A stretch of 63,711 bases of DNA, filler included, from Pirum gemmata (Eukaryota), in the NCBI GenBank assembly GCA_002812295.1. It is 29 parts of 29 records of this genome, joined end to end, with 100 filler letters (N's around TTAATTAATTAA, not from the genome) between each part and the next. Parts side by side here need not be neighbours in the genome. Positions count along the whole stretch, not along the records: positions 1 to 2,047 come from PDIN01008938.1; positions 2,148 to 4,183 come from PDIN01008939.1; positions 4,284 to 7,425 come from PDIN01008940.1; positions 7,526 to 9,532 come from PDIN01008941.1; positions 9,633 to 11,661 come from PDIN01008942.1; positions 11,762 to 13,792 come from PDIN01008943.1; 23 more parts are not named here. One strand, written 5' to 3'. A program made the translations under genes and the position numbers. Under the pieces are notes generated by a model. The model had not been told where the DNA came from, searched no databases, and saw nothing but the letters and a program-made list of their open reading frames with translations. Positions 1-13,416 of the stretch are shown here, in pieces (position 1 is the stretch's first letter; each line of letters starts with the position of its first letter).

Positions 1-23
1 TATCAATACTAATACTACTACGA

Positions 24-63
<40 letters not shown>

Positions 64-158
64 TCAATACTAATACTACTACGAACTACTAGTAGCTATA
101 TTTAAACCCCCCAAAAAAAATTAGCGACTCAGAGTCTCAGACCGTCCCGACTCCCAAG

Positions 159-1579
159 TCCCAATTCTGCTCGAGCCCAAAAACTCGAATTTCTGCTGTT
201 GAAAAAAAACCGCCAAAATTTAGCTCTGTTCGAAAATTATTTTTTCCATGTTTTTCAGTTTTATAAATAAATAAATATATTTGAATACTTAATTATAAGA
301 TTAAAATTTCGAACTTATTTAATTAATGCATAGGCTCGAAAACTCAATTTTTGAAAAAAGAGCAGAATTGGGAGAAGCACTGAAGCAAGCAGTGAGTGAT
401 TCGGATTCCTGTGAGTGATTGGCTGTGATTCTGTGAATCAGTGGCTTCTCTCAATTCTGCTCTATTTAAAAATCGATATTTCGAGTCTATATATTAATTA
501 ATAAGTTCGAAATGTTTAAGCTTACAATTAAGTATTCAAATATATTTATTTATTAATAAACTCGAAAAATACGAAAAAAAAAATTTTTCGAACGGAGCTG
601 AATTATGGCTTTTTTTTTGACAGCAGAAATTCGAGTTTTCGAGTTTGAGCAGAATTGGGTTTCTGCTCGAGCCCGAAAACTCGAATTTCTGCCGTTGAAA
701 AAAAAAGCTGAAATTCAGCCCTGTTCGAAAAATATTTTTCCATTTTTTTTCGGGTTTATAAATAAATAAATATATTTGAATACTTAATTATAAGCTTAAA
801 ATTTCGAACGTCAGTCCTGTTCGAAAAATATTTTTTCCATTTTTTTTCGGGTTTATAAATAAATAAATATATTTGAATACTTAAATATAAGCTTAAAAAA
901 TTTCGAACTTATTTAATTAATAAATAGGCTTGAAAACTCGATTTTTTAAAAAAAGCAGAATTGAGAAAAGCCNTTTTTTTTTTTTAAAAAAAAAAAGAGC
1001 AGAATTGGGAGAAGCCCTATTCCTAAATATGTTTGATCTGTAAAAAAAAATATATCCAATAAAAAACATCGATTTTTTTTAAAAAGTATTTTCGAGTTTT
1101 GATTGGATAAAAAAATTGTAATCAAATGACTCATCATCAATCAAAAAATCAAAAAAAACTTGGAAATTCTTTCTTGAAAAAAAAAAAAAAAAAAAAATTT
1201 AAAATTTTTTATAAAAAAAAAAAAAAAAAAAAAAACTGTTAGATTTTGGATGACGTCATTATATGAACAATTTATATTGAAAAAAAAACTGTTAGATTAT
1301 GGATGACGTCATTATGTGAAATACTAATTGCAGCTCGGTTCGAAAATATTAAATTTTACTATTAATTATATAGATTTGAACAATTTATATCGAGTTTTCA
1401 AGCCAATTTATTAATCAAATAAGTTCGAAATTTTAAGCTTATAATTAAGTATTCAAATATATTTATTTATATATAAACCCGAAAAAAATGGAAAAAATAT
1501 TTTTCGAACAGGGCTGAATTTCGGCTTTTTTTTCGACGGCAGAAATTTGAGTTTTCAGGCTCGAGCAGAATTGGGAGAG
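159..1579. mobile_element. Cluster of ~220-bp MITE family A copies in alternating orientation (159-382, 439-659, 661-972, 1391-1579), TIR ~CAGTGGCTTCTCCCAATTCTGCTC, hAT-like termini
   Basis: Ends CCCAATTCTGCTC...GAGCAGAATTGGG seen directly; homologues on other contigs at 33023-33237 and 24436-24509. The hAT assignment is inferred from the CAGTGG terminus only. Confidence 0.8.
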
Positions 1580-1588
1580 ATTTAATAA

Positions 1589-1737
1589 GGGGGCGTTCAA
1601 ACTTCAAACATTACGTAACGCCAATTTCGGTTAAATACAGCTTCAAATACCCCTACCTACCTACCCCTTGACGTTAATTTCCAGTCAAATACCGCCTACT
1701 TTCCTACCCCTTGACGTGACATATTATTTTAACTCTA
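1589..1737. mobile_element. MITE family B (~150 bp, TIR ~GGGGCGTTCAAATAATACGT), PIF/Harbinger-like
   Basis: Homologous copies at 15635-15774 and, inverted, 22993-23140; internal TACCTACCCC(T/C)TGACGT subrepeats; GGG-start TIR preceded by TAA. Confidence 0.75.
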
Positions 1738-1954
1738 CACTAAAAGTACACTAAATTTCCTGCGAGGTACCTTATTCTACCCATGATGCTGATATTAGTT
1801 CGAAAATTCAAACATAAGTAATTCTTAATAAGTTTGAAAATTTTTTGTTTTGAAAGGGGGTTTTAAAAAAAGCTTTACTCACGCCATCGTACAATAATGG
1901 GGTAAAAAAGACAGGGCATTCTAGAGGCAAATATTATTATTATCTCAGTTATTA

Positions 1955-2006
<52 letters not shown>

Positions 2007-2047
2007 TTTAATTAATAATAATATTAATAATATTATTATTATTATTA

Positions 2048-2147
2048 NNNNNNNNNNNNNNNNNNNNNNNNNNNNNNNNNNNNNNNNNNNNTTAATTAAT
2101 TAANNNNNNNNNNNNNNNNNNNNNNNNNNNNNNNNNNNNNNNNNNNN
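2048..2147. other. Artificial contig-joining spacer (N-run, TTAATTAATTAA, N-run); 28 such spacers occur, roughly every 2.1 kb
   Basis: Identical TTAATTAATTAA core (stops in all six frames) flanked by N-runs at ~2092, 4228, 7470, 9577, 11706 ... 62572. Confidence 0.98.
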
Positions 2148-2148
2148 A

Positions 2149-2480
2149 AGAGTAATAGTAATAGTAATAGTAATAGTAATAGTAATAGCAATAGTAATAG
2201 TAATAGTAATAATAATAGTAATAGTAATTAGCAATAGTAATAGTAATTAGCAATAGTAATAGTAATAGTAATTAGTAATAGTAATTAGTAATAGTAATAG
2301 TAATAGTAATAGTAATAGTAATAGTAATAGTAACAGTGATTAGTAAATAGCAATAATAACAGTAATAGTAATAGTAATAGTAATAGTAAGTAATAGTAAT
2401 AGTAATAGAATGGAATAGTAATGGTAATAGTAATAGTAATAGAAATAGTAATAGTAATAGTAATAGTAATAGTAATAGTA

Positions 2481-2516
<36 letters not shown>

Positions 2517-2851
2517 TAAAGATACTTACGCTTCGAAAGTTTCACGTTTTTTAAAAGGATCGTTCTCATCGTTAAACTGTGGAATTTCAATCTGGCGGTG
2601 GCGACGGCGATGGTGGTGGTGGTGGTGGGTGGTGATGGTGGTGGTGTATAAGAGTGAAGAAAAAATGGTTAGTTTCGTTTGACACCTTGACATAACAACA
2701 AGAACAATAATAGTAATAGTAATAGCAATAGTAATAAGTAATAGTAATAAGTAATAGTAATAGTAATAGTAATAGAAATAGTAATAGTAATAGTAATAGT
2801 AATAGTAATAGTAAAATAGTAATAGTAATAGTAATAGTAATAGTAATAGTA

Positions 2852-2887
<36 letters not shown>

Positions 2888-3875
2888 TAAAGATACTTAC
2901 GCTTCGAAAGTTTCACGTTTTTTAAAAGGATCGTTCTCATCGTTAAACTGTGGAATTTCAATCTGGCGGTGGCGACGGCGATGGTGGTGGTGGTGGTGGG
3001 TGGTGATGGTGGTGGTGTATAAGAGTGAAGAAAAAATGGTTAGTTTCGTTTGACACCTTGACATAACAACAAGAACAATAATAGTAATAGTAATAGCAAT
3101 AGTAATAAGTAATAGTAATAAGTAATAGTAATAGTAATAGTAATAGAAATAGTAATAGTAATAGTAATAGTAATAGTAATAGTAATAGTAATAGTAATAG
3201 TATTAGTATCGCATTAGTAAATTAGTAATAGAAATAGTTTTACTTTTACTTTTACTTTTACTTTTAGTTTTAGTTTTAGTTACAGTAATAGTAATAGTAA
3301 TAGTAATAGTAATAGTAATAGTAATAGTAATAGTAATAATAGCAATTTCAATAACATTAACAATAATAGTAATGGACATAGAAATAGTAATAGTAGTAGT
3401 AATAGTAATAGTAATAGTAATAATAACAGTAACAGTAATAATAACAGTAATACTATTAGTAATAATATAATATAGTAATAGTAATAGTAATAGTAATAGT
3501 AATAGTAATAGTAATAGTAATAATAATTGTAAGAGTAATAGTAAGAGTAATAGTAATAGTAATAGTAATAGTAATAGTAATAGCAATAGTAATAGTAATA
3601 GTAATAATAATAGTAATAGTAATTAGCAATAGTAATAGTAATTAGCAATAGTAATAGTAATAGTAATTAGTAATAGTAATTAGTAATAGTAATAGTAATA
3701 GTAATAGTAATAGTAATAGTAATAGTAACAGTGATTAGTAAATAGCAATAATAACAGTAATAGTAATAGTAATAGTAATAGTAAGTAATAGTAATAGTAA
3801 TAGAATGGAATAGTAATGGTAATAGTAATAGTAATAGAAATAGTAATAGTAATAGTAATAGTAATAGTAATAGTA

Positions 3876-3911
<36 letters not shown>

Positions 3912-4183
3912 TAAAGATACTTACGCTTCGAAAGTTTCACGTTTTTTAAAAGGATCGTTCTCATCGTTAAACTGTGGAATTTCAATCTGGCGGTGGCGAC
4001 GGCGATGGTGGTGGTGGTGGTGGGTGGTGATGGTGGTGGTGTATAAGAGTGAAGAAAAAATGGTTAGTTTCGTTTGACACCTTGACATAACAACAAGAAC
4101 AATAATAGTAATAGTAATAGCAATAGTAATAAGTAATAGTAATAAGTAATAGTAATAGTAATAGTAATAGAAATAGTAATAGT
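2149..4183. repeat. (TAATAG)n/(AAT)n intronic microsatellite with a thrice-repeated ~190-bp unique block
   Basis: Block AAAGATACTTACGCTTCG...CAACAAGAAC is identical at ~2518, ~2889 and ~3913. Confidence 0.9.
2530..2591 (-). CDS. 62-nt internal coding exon (IEIPQFNDENDPFKKRETFEA) of an unidentified gene; identical copies at 2901-2962 and 3925-3986
   Basis: CAG| acceptor and |GTAAGT donor on the minus strand with an open frame between. Confidence 0.6.
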
Positions 4184-5289
4184 NNNNNNNNNNNNNNNNN
4201 NNNNNNNNNNNNNNNNNNNNNNNNNNNTTAATTAATTAANNNNNNNNNNNNNNNNNNNNNNNNNNNNNNNNNNNNNNNNNNNNTATTATTATTATTATTG
4301 CTAGTACTATTATTATTTTCCTATTGCTATTACCGTTATTTTGTGTTATTATTACCCTTATCTTTGCCCCCACCTTACCCCACCTCCATTTCATCTTCCC
4401 TTCCCTTCTTTATTTATTATTATTATTATATATATATATATAAATCATACCTATAGTCAGGCCTATAGTTAGGGGGGGGGTTTTTTTTGTTACTATGGAA
4501 ACAAACGAAGATGATATGAAAAGTATAGAGCGCCGGAAAAATGATAATAGGTTAGGTTCAAAATTTGAAGATTCTCTACATAATGAAAATCGTGTTATTA
4601 TAACAACACTAACAATCGTTATTGTAACTATCACTACTCCTATTACTTCCCCGACTAAGCTTGCTAATCCTACTATTACCAGTACTTCCACTACATTATC
4701 ATCACGACCATGACCATGGCCACTGCAACCACTACCACGACCACCGCGACCACCACCATCACTGCTACGCTTACCCCTGCCCCTATTCTTATTACTAATA
4801 TTGCAAATACTATCCCTACTATTTCAATATCACCAACACTATCACCACCATCACCACCACTTCCACTTCTACTTCTACGACTTTTACGACTTCTACGATT
4901 GCTACAACTACTACGACTACTACGACGACTACTACTACGACTACTACGACTACTACTATTATCACTACGACTACTACTCTTCACCCACCCACCCACACCC
5001 ACACCCACACCCACACTTGTGCTATCAACACCATTTCTACCATCGCAGTAGCGATAGCAGTAAGGAAATATTAATTTTTTTTTTATGTTAATATTTGCTA
5101 TTTAATAGTTTCCAAGACGAAGATGATGGGATCGGTAATGTATCATCTTTTTTAGATTTTTTTCAACAACAAAGTTCAGAAGTGATCTCACATATGGCTG
5201 CTGTAAAGGAGAATGGTATATAATAATAGTAGTTATCAGTAATAATAATAATAATGATAATAATAATAGTAGTTGCAGTAGTTGTATTT

Positions 5290-5353
<64 letters not shown>

Positions 5354-6005
5354 NTTATTTATTTATTTATTTATTTATTTTATTTATTTATTTTATTATG
5401 TTTATTTATTTATTAAATTTTTTACAACAATGGGGTTTGATGATGTTAGTTTTATGTTTTACTGTTTGATAAGAGGTTCCGATTATACAAGGCATTTTTA
5501 AAAAGAATACTGAAGAAAAACGACGTTGGAGACGGGTGGCTAGATGTAGCTAGTCCAAGTGTAGCCGGTAAAGAGGGCCACGTAGAAACATTGCTTATTA
5601 AAATATATTTTAATCACAGTTTGATGCCAATATGGATGGAACACCTTGAGCGTTTATTGAAAGTCATCGATAGCTTTTATTCCCATAAACAAATCTTATT
5701 AATAGCTTACTTCAGTTTACAAGAAATTCAATCTAATATTATGATATGGATATTAATATTATAATATACTATATATATTGACCTTCTAATTCAAAAAAGG
5801 AATATTAGCAGTTGAATATGGTTTAGTGTTCAAAGATACCGAACCTAAGATATTATATGTCTAACTCAGAAAAAGATGCTCAAAGTTACAAAATAAATAT
5901 ATATCAAGCAAGGCGCCTAGGGCACGCGTACCGCAGGCTTTTGAAGCCGACTGACGTGCTATTGAGGTGGTATGGACGATGATGATGATGATAATGATAA
6001 TGGTA

Positions 6006-6043
<38 letters not shown>

Positions 6044-6591
6044 CATGATCATGATAATGATGATGATGATACTATAACTGAAGATAAATTTAAAGGACAG
6101 AAAAATTAAGTTATTCGATGGTACTGTAGTCATTATTAAAAGAAAATGCTTGTCAGGATTGCAATTGAAAAAAAGAACTAATTATAACGTTAATTAGAAC
6201 AATTACGTATAGACTATTAGAACTAGATAGTGTTGCAATGTTCTAAATAGAACAAATAAATGTATACTACTATGAATAAATAAAACAAATAACTACACAA
6301 ATAACTACACAAACAAACAAATAAACAATCATAAATAAACAAACATAACCAAACAAACAAACAAACAAACAAACAAACAAACAAACAACAAACGAACAAA
6401 CAAACAAAACAAACAAAAAAAAAAAAAAGAGAAAAAAAAAGTGGATCCCGATGTGCCAAACAGACCAGGGTAAAAATCGGATACTACCGTTTTGGTCCGC
6501 GTTTTGGTCCGTTTACAAGTGGGTCTTTTAGTCTAAAATAACGCGTCTTTTTTTATGACGTATTATGATAGACTAGCTAGGGTCTACCTGT

Positions 6592-7425
6592 CAAAAAAAA
6601 AAAAAAAGATATCGATTATGAGACTATTTATTTATGAGTATGATCGTATAACTATCGTATATAGTCTAATTATATGCGAACATTTAAGGGCGAGGGGTGA
6701 AGTGGAAGGCTATTCGCCACTTCGCAGTTACCATAAATAGTATTTATATAGCTATAAATAGTAGCTACTATTTTTAGAAGCTTCTATTNNNNNNNNNNNN
6801 NNTAGCTATTATACTATTTAAAGTAATTTTAATCACAAAAATTTCATTTTGGCGAACTTTTGGTACCAGAGCCTTCAATTAGTAAAATGACGTCATCTCA
6901 TCCCTCCTAATTATATGGTTCAATACGCCTAACATTTACCAACTTTTGAAAAGTGGCCAAACTTTTTCTGGAGGCTCGAACATTTCAAACAGACTAAATT
7001 TATATATTCGAAATGGAATATTATTATTATTATGTCCCAAAAAGTTGAGGTTTCTTAGACGCAATGCACCATATAAATATTTTTTTAATCCAAACTTTTA
7101 ACAGCCCCAAGCAACTCCCCAAGCCCCCAATTGCCCCAGGCCAGTCCCAGGCCCCAGCAACCGAACTTTTTTTTTGGAATTTTACAAAGAGAAAACTAGA
7201 TTTTTTTAGTAAACTTAGGTAAGTAAAACATCCAACACATAATAATATATAAAAAACTTGTCGGAGGATTTTTTTGAACTATGATAGACCCCCACTGTCT
7301 AGGAGTTCAAAAAAAAAAAAAGATATCGATTATGAGACTTTTTATTTATGAGTATGATCGTATAACTATCGTATATAGTCTAATTATATGCGAACATTTA
7401 AGGGCGAGGGGTGAAGTGGAAGGCT
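6592..7425 (+). repeat. ~120-bp direct repeat (6592-6710 and 7308-7425)
   Basis: AAAGATATCGATTATGAGACT...GGGGTGAAGTGGAAGGCT occurs twice, nearly identical. Confidence 0.85.
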
Positions 7426-7674
7426 NNNNNNNNNNNNNNNNNNNNNNNNNNNNNNNNNNNNNNNNNNNNTTAATTAATTAANNNNNNNNNNNNNNNNNNN
7501 NNNNNNNNNNNNNNNNNNNNNNNNNATAAATAAAATAAATAAAATAAATAAAATAAATTATACGTAAATAATTAATAATTAATAATTAATTAATAATCAA
7601 TAATCAATAATCAATATGTATAAATACATTATAATATCATAGTTTACCAATTTCTGGAGCAGTGTAACCCAACC

Positions 7675-9437
7675 ATGCCCAGTTCACAAAAGAAACGACC
7701 AACAGCCGTTCCTTTCGAACTACCTAAAGAAGATATCAAATCACTAAAAGCAAAAGCTAACGAAAATAAAAGGAAAGAGAAGAAAACCACTAAAATATTT
7801 AGCAAAAATTATAAAGATCCTAAAAACAAAAGAAAAAACAACAAGATCAAAACTACTAATGCGGACAAGAATAAAATTACTACTGCTACTACTACTACCA
7901 CCAAAGATAAAGTGGTTACTGATTTAAGTGAAAACTTGTTAAGCATGGATAATTTAGATGATACAAACAATAATACTACAAATTTAAGCTGTATAAGTGT
8001 AAACACTGACAATACAAAAACTGATAATTCAAACACTGATAATTCAAATACTGATAGTTCAAACATTGATAGTTCAATAATTGATAATGCAAACTCCTCT
8101 GATAATTCAAACACTGATAATGCAAACACTGATAGTGATACTGACACGGATAAAACCAGTAAAAATAACAAAACTGTTTTGTTGATAGAAAATCCTAAAA
8201 TGACGATAGAGTCTAAAGAAGTAAAAGAAGAAAGAACACTGAAAAATGAATCACTGGATACATTTTCATCGGTCTATAAACAGAAAGGGGAAAACAAAAA
8301 ACGCAGTCATTCCTTTGCAGCTTTAACTAAATTAGAGTTTAAAAGAACTTACAATGAAGTTTTTTTAGACAGTTTGAACAAAAGCAACAACAGCACTGAT
8401 TATGATCAAGATGATAATAGTGATAACGAAAATGATGATGTAAGTGCAGTCAGTCGAAGCACTTTTTCTGCTTTCTCTTCCATACCTAGCAATGGCAGTA
8501 GTTTCAACTCTCAGGATTTTAAGCTCCCATTGGTAAATGGTAATAGTAGTGGTGACAGTTTGGAGACCATGATAAATAGGGTTCAAAAAGAAGGAGAGGA
8601 AATAAAGATTTTAAGTAGAAAAACATCTTTGGGTTCTATAATTACAAAGGAAAATTCACTACAAAAACAAGAAGAAAAATCATTAAGCCTACTTCAAAGA
8701 AATTCATCCTTGCGCTCTAATTCTGAGACGCTGGGGTCGCTGTTAAGAAAAAGTTCATCGAAATTTAAAAATAAAGGAAAAGGCGGCGGCGAAGGCAATG
8801 ATAGTAGTGAAAAGGAAGATGGATTAGTACAAGTACTCTCTAGAAAAAATTCACAACTAAGAGGTTTATCAGGTGCATCTTCTGGAACATTTTATTGTGC
8901 AAATGATGACGCTAAACTTCAGTCTCTGGTTCGTCGTTCTTCATCATCCTCGATAGGATATCCCCCCAAAAAAATATTTGAAGATTTTTTAGTAGAAAAA
9001 ACGTCTCATTTATCCACATTCAGCTTAAGCAGTTTGACTAACACAGCACAAATCGAAACAATATACAACACTTATCTTCTTTTGGATAACTCCAATAAGT
9101 TCATGAGTTCTTTCCGGGGTTTTTGTAAGAAAAGAGAATTAACAAATTGTGCTAATAATATAATGTTCTTCACAGCTGCTAGTAAAACAGTTAGATTAGT
9201 TTATGGTAAAGTGGATAAAATTTCAAATGCATTGAGTTTTAAAAGCAAAGGTAATAATAGAGATAATAATAATAACAATAATAATAATAATAGTGTGCAT
9301 AGTTATGCCGGGAAGGAAGAATACGTAAAGAGTGTAATTGCGTTGTTAAAAATGTTTGTTTGGAAAGGTTGTTCGAATCCTATTAATATATCTTACCAAA
9401 CTTCTTTAATGGTACAGAGCTTTGACTGGAGCATAGG
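7675..9437 (+). CDS. RGS-domain protein with long Lys/Ser/Asn-rich N-terminus (first exon; 3' incomplete)
   Basis: Long ORF; C-terminal FRGFCKKRE..NNIMFF and MFVWKGCSNPINIS match RGS motifs (FxxFxxxE..ENI.F; FI..GS..INIS); probable donor G|GTATTT at ~9437. Confidence 0.7.
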
Positions 9438-9632
9438 TATTTATTTCATTTCTATCAATTCTCAATTATTTCTTCATTACTTGTTAATCAACTGTGTCTA
9501 TATATATAGTTACAATTATTATTATTATTATTNNNNNNNNNNNNNNNNNNNNNNNNNNNNNNNNNNNNNNNNNNNNTTAATTAATTAANNNNNNNNNNNN
9601 NNNNNNNNNNNNNNNNNNNNNNNNNNNNNNNN

Positions 9633-9750
9633 CCCTAACCCTAACCCTAACCCTAACCCTAACCTGACCCTAACCCTAACCCTAACCCTAACCCTAACCC
9701 TAACCCTAACCCTTAACCCCTAACCCCTAACCCTAACCCTAACCCTAACC
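9633..9750. repeat. (CCCTAA)n telomeric array at a contig start (terminal or interstitial)
   Basis: ~19 hexamers with minor variants. Confidence 0.9.
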
Positions 9751-12700
9751 AGTTTCCCAAAGCAAAAAAAACTAATTATAATCAAAAGAATATAATATCC
9801 AAGCTTGAAATTTGAAAAAAAAAAAATAAATAATACGTGTTTTAATTAATAATTAATTAATTAATTATTATTATTACTATATAATTATAACATAATTATT
9901 ATATATTATAATATTATAAAACATTGTCTATTATTAATACCATTAATCGTTTTACTCTAAAAAGCCATTTTCCTCCAATTACGATACTATGTTAAATCAT
10001 GCTCATATACTATTCTTTGCTCTCTATAAATGATTATAATATATGATATCATTTACAAATTATTAATTAAAGTGAGGGTCTTTTTATTAGAAAATACTTA
10101 TTTTAAAATTAGTTACTTGCAGTAACTATATGGTAATATTATATTATATTATATAATAAGGCTACCGCAATGAAAGATATACTGTAAAATATACTCACAT
10201 GAGGATACTCTTATAATTGCTGATATTTTAAAGTAAACCTAGCAAGGAGTTCATGCATCATTATGTGTTCAAAAAAAACAAATTGTTTTTTGTAATTTTG
10301 CTATCATATATAATATTATAATTAATATATAGCTTTTATTGAAAACGTCGAGCATTCAAAAAATTGCCATAACGAGTGGATTATTATAAATAATACCAAG
10401 TGTTTGTCGAATGATTGTGTAAAATAACCATTATTGATTGGTTGATAACTTACTGGTTGTAGACCAAGTAAATGGTATATATATAATTATAAGCTAACTA
10501 ATTGTTTTTTCAGTTTGCAATTATTTTTTATTTTCTTGGATAATATTATTGCCATATTAGTTTATGTTTTTGGGTGTCTTACCTTTTCTAAAGGAAGACT
10601 ATTCGTGAGTATTGGTGCCTAAAAAAAAAAAACTAATAGCTATCCTATATATACAAATATTATATAAAATAATAATAATATGATACACACAAAGTAATAC
10701 AATCATAATAATCATAATATTATCCCCATTCCATTATGTCCATGCATCATTATGTGTTAAAAAAAAAAAAAAAAATTGTTTTTTGTAATTTGGGTTAGGG
10801 AGTTGTTAGGGTTAGGTATAACGGTTAGGGTTAGGGTTAGGGTTAGGGTTAGAAAAATTGCCATATATATATTATAATTATAAGCTAAGTAATTGTTTTT
10901 TTAAAAAAAAAAAATAAACTAATAGCTATCCTATATGTACATATTATATAAAATAATAATAAATACAGTATGATAGTCGAATTCTTTTTATTATCATAGT
11001 ATTTTATTAGTTATTTTATTATTATTATTGTGCAACTCTACTACTTCTAGACTAATCCGTTCTCAGATAATGAAATCCAGGCTTATTCGGCTCTGGTTAG
11101 TCTTTACCATATAAAGATACTTTATCTATATTAAGTCTTTAAGCACCAAAAGGCACCCTTAAATACGAATAGGAAACCTCACAGGTAAGACACCAAAATT
11201 AAATTTTTTTATTTATTTATTTATTTATATGAACACTCACTTTTTTCCGGGCCTAAAAATATTCGCAAAAAAAAGTGGGTTCTCGAAAACTAATTTTTCA
11301 AGAAATGCTTCGTTTTAGTTCAAACTTTCAGAGTTTATTGTTTATGTTATTAAAATTACTTTACCAAATTTCAAAAAATTCGATTAACTTTTCGAATTTT
11401 TCGAACATAAAATGTGTAAAAAAAGGTACTTTTTAGTGCAAAAGTTACATTAATATAGGTATCATTCGAATCGGCTCGTAATTTCGAATAATATGTTTTT
11501 TTTGTATAATGACCATGTAAAGAACTAGACGGTCTAGATGTAAAGAAGTAGAACGTAAGCAAAAGTGACTTATATAATGAATTTAGCTGTGATAATTAAG
11601 AAAGGGGTAAATATTTATAAAATTTTAGACTACATTTTTTTTTTTTTTTTTTTTTTTTTTTNNNNNNNNNNNNNNNNNNNNNNNNNNNNNNNNNNNNNNN
11701 NNNNNTTAATTAATTAANNNNNNNNNNNNNNNNNNNNNNNNNNNNNNNNNNNNNNNNNNNNTATTATATTTTATATATTAGGTCTCGCTCTTCAATTCGA
11801 TAATTGAACTTTTTTATAAAATACAAAATTACTTTTATAATAAAATACCAAAATAACTATAGTTTTCAAATTTATCATAAAAATACCAAATTATTTCAAT
11901 ATAATATAACCATTTACTTTAATTAAATTTTATCTGATTTAGTGGGTTTTTGTTTTCTGTTTTTTTTTATTATTATTACACCTAAAAAGTCAAAACTTTT
12001 AAAAACTAATTTTATTCACAACTTATCCATATATTATTATTATATAATATTATTATTTTTTTTAAAATAATAATTATTATTATTGCTGATAATATAATCT
12101 CGACCATTTAGACTACATTATGTCATACATCATAATACGATAGTATCAGATACTATCAGGTAATAAAGTACTAGCTAGCAATTTAGTAGCAAAGTAATAA
12201 TGTTAGCTCATATTAATACAAACTTTATTGGTGCGTGTTAGCCTAAAAAAAGAGCTGCTTGCCAAATATGTAGACTCAAGAAATAGTAATAATTTTCAAA
12301 TAAGGTTCATAAAGTAATACAGGTATTAAAAAAAATTAATTTTTAATCTTAATTAATGAGTACATCTTTTAAAAGACTAACTTTAATTAAAAGTATTTAT
12401 ATAATACCAAATAATTTGGAAATTAACAAATTGTATCACTTTGCTCTCGCTAACACCTAGAGCTGTAATAATTATTATGTAATATACAGCTGTAATATAG
12501 TGTAACTTTATAATTATATCGCCTTTTTTTCTAAAACCCTAACAATTTCATTAACTTTAACTTCTCGATATTAATAACCCTAACCCTAACCCTAACCCTA
12601 AGTTTTTGAACTCATGAACGTTAACAACGTTAAGACTATTGAAAAACATGATTTTATTATTTAGAGATATAAAACTGATATAAATGATATTAATATAATT

Positions 12701-13149
12701 CTTTTCTTTGTTTTATCATAATATTATATGTAGTTGTTACATAGTCTAGTAATTATATATTTTAATATATATTACCAAGGGCCGAAAGACCCACATTTGG
12801 TTCCATATTATACAGACGTTTAATAATAATAATAATAATATGCATATATGTATTAATATGTATATAGGAAGAAAACGGTTATACAATATAGAATACCAAA
12901 TTATTTCAATATATAATCATTTACTTTAATCTATTTATTAATTTTAGAAATGACAATTAAAATGTTTTAACTATCCAAATTGATAGTCAGAGTGAATAAA
13001 TAAATAAATAACACATGTGCAATAGCATTAATATTCAATATTTAGTTACTATATAATCATAGTCTACAGTTAGTGAATAAATAAATATATAACACATGTG
13101 CAATAGAATTAATATTCAATATTTAGTTACTATATATCATAGTCTACAG

Positions 13150-13416
13150 TTAGGGTTAGGGTCAGGATTAGGGTTAAGTTTATGGTTAGGGTTAGGGTTA
13201 GGGTAAGGGAGGGTTAGGGTTAGGGTTAGGGTTAGGGTTAGGGTTAGGGTTAGGGTTAGGGTTAGGGTTAGGGTTAGGGTTAGGGTTAGGGTTAGGGNNN
13301 NNNNNNNNNNNNNNNNNNNNNNNNNNNNNNNNNNNNNNNNNNNNNNNNNGGTTAGGGTTAGGGTTAGGGTTAGGGTTAGGGTTAGGGTTAGGGTTAGGGT
13401 TAGGGTTAGGGTTAGG
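13150..13416. repeat. Interstitial (TTAGGG)n array spanning a small gap; shorter arrays at ~12578, 13758, 14234, 15503, 23560, 41703, 49263, 49891 and 52398
   Basis: Direct hexamer repeats flanked by non-telomeric sequence on both sides. Confidence 0.95.

Noticed and set aside
2285..5469. Poly-I/T/L/Y ORFs in the ORF track (also 14270, 23676, 38233, 44305, 57636, 60201 and others)
   Set aside because: Translations of microsatellites or antisense shadows of real genes
5109..5763. Coding-like segments (FQDEDDGIGNVSSFLDFFQQQ..; RFRLYKAFLKRILKKNDVGDGWLDV..)
   Set aside because: Plausible exons, but no consistent splice model or recognisable family
9633..9750. True chromosome end
   Set aside because: Cannot be distinguished from the many interstitial tracts at which short-read contigs break
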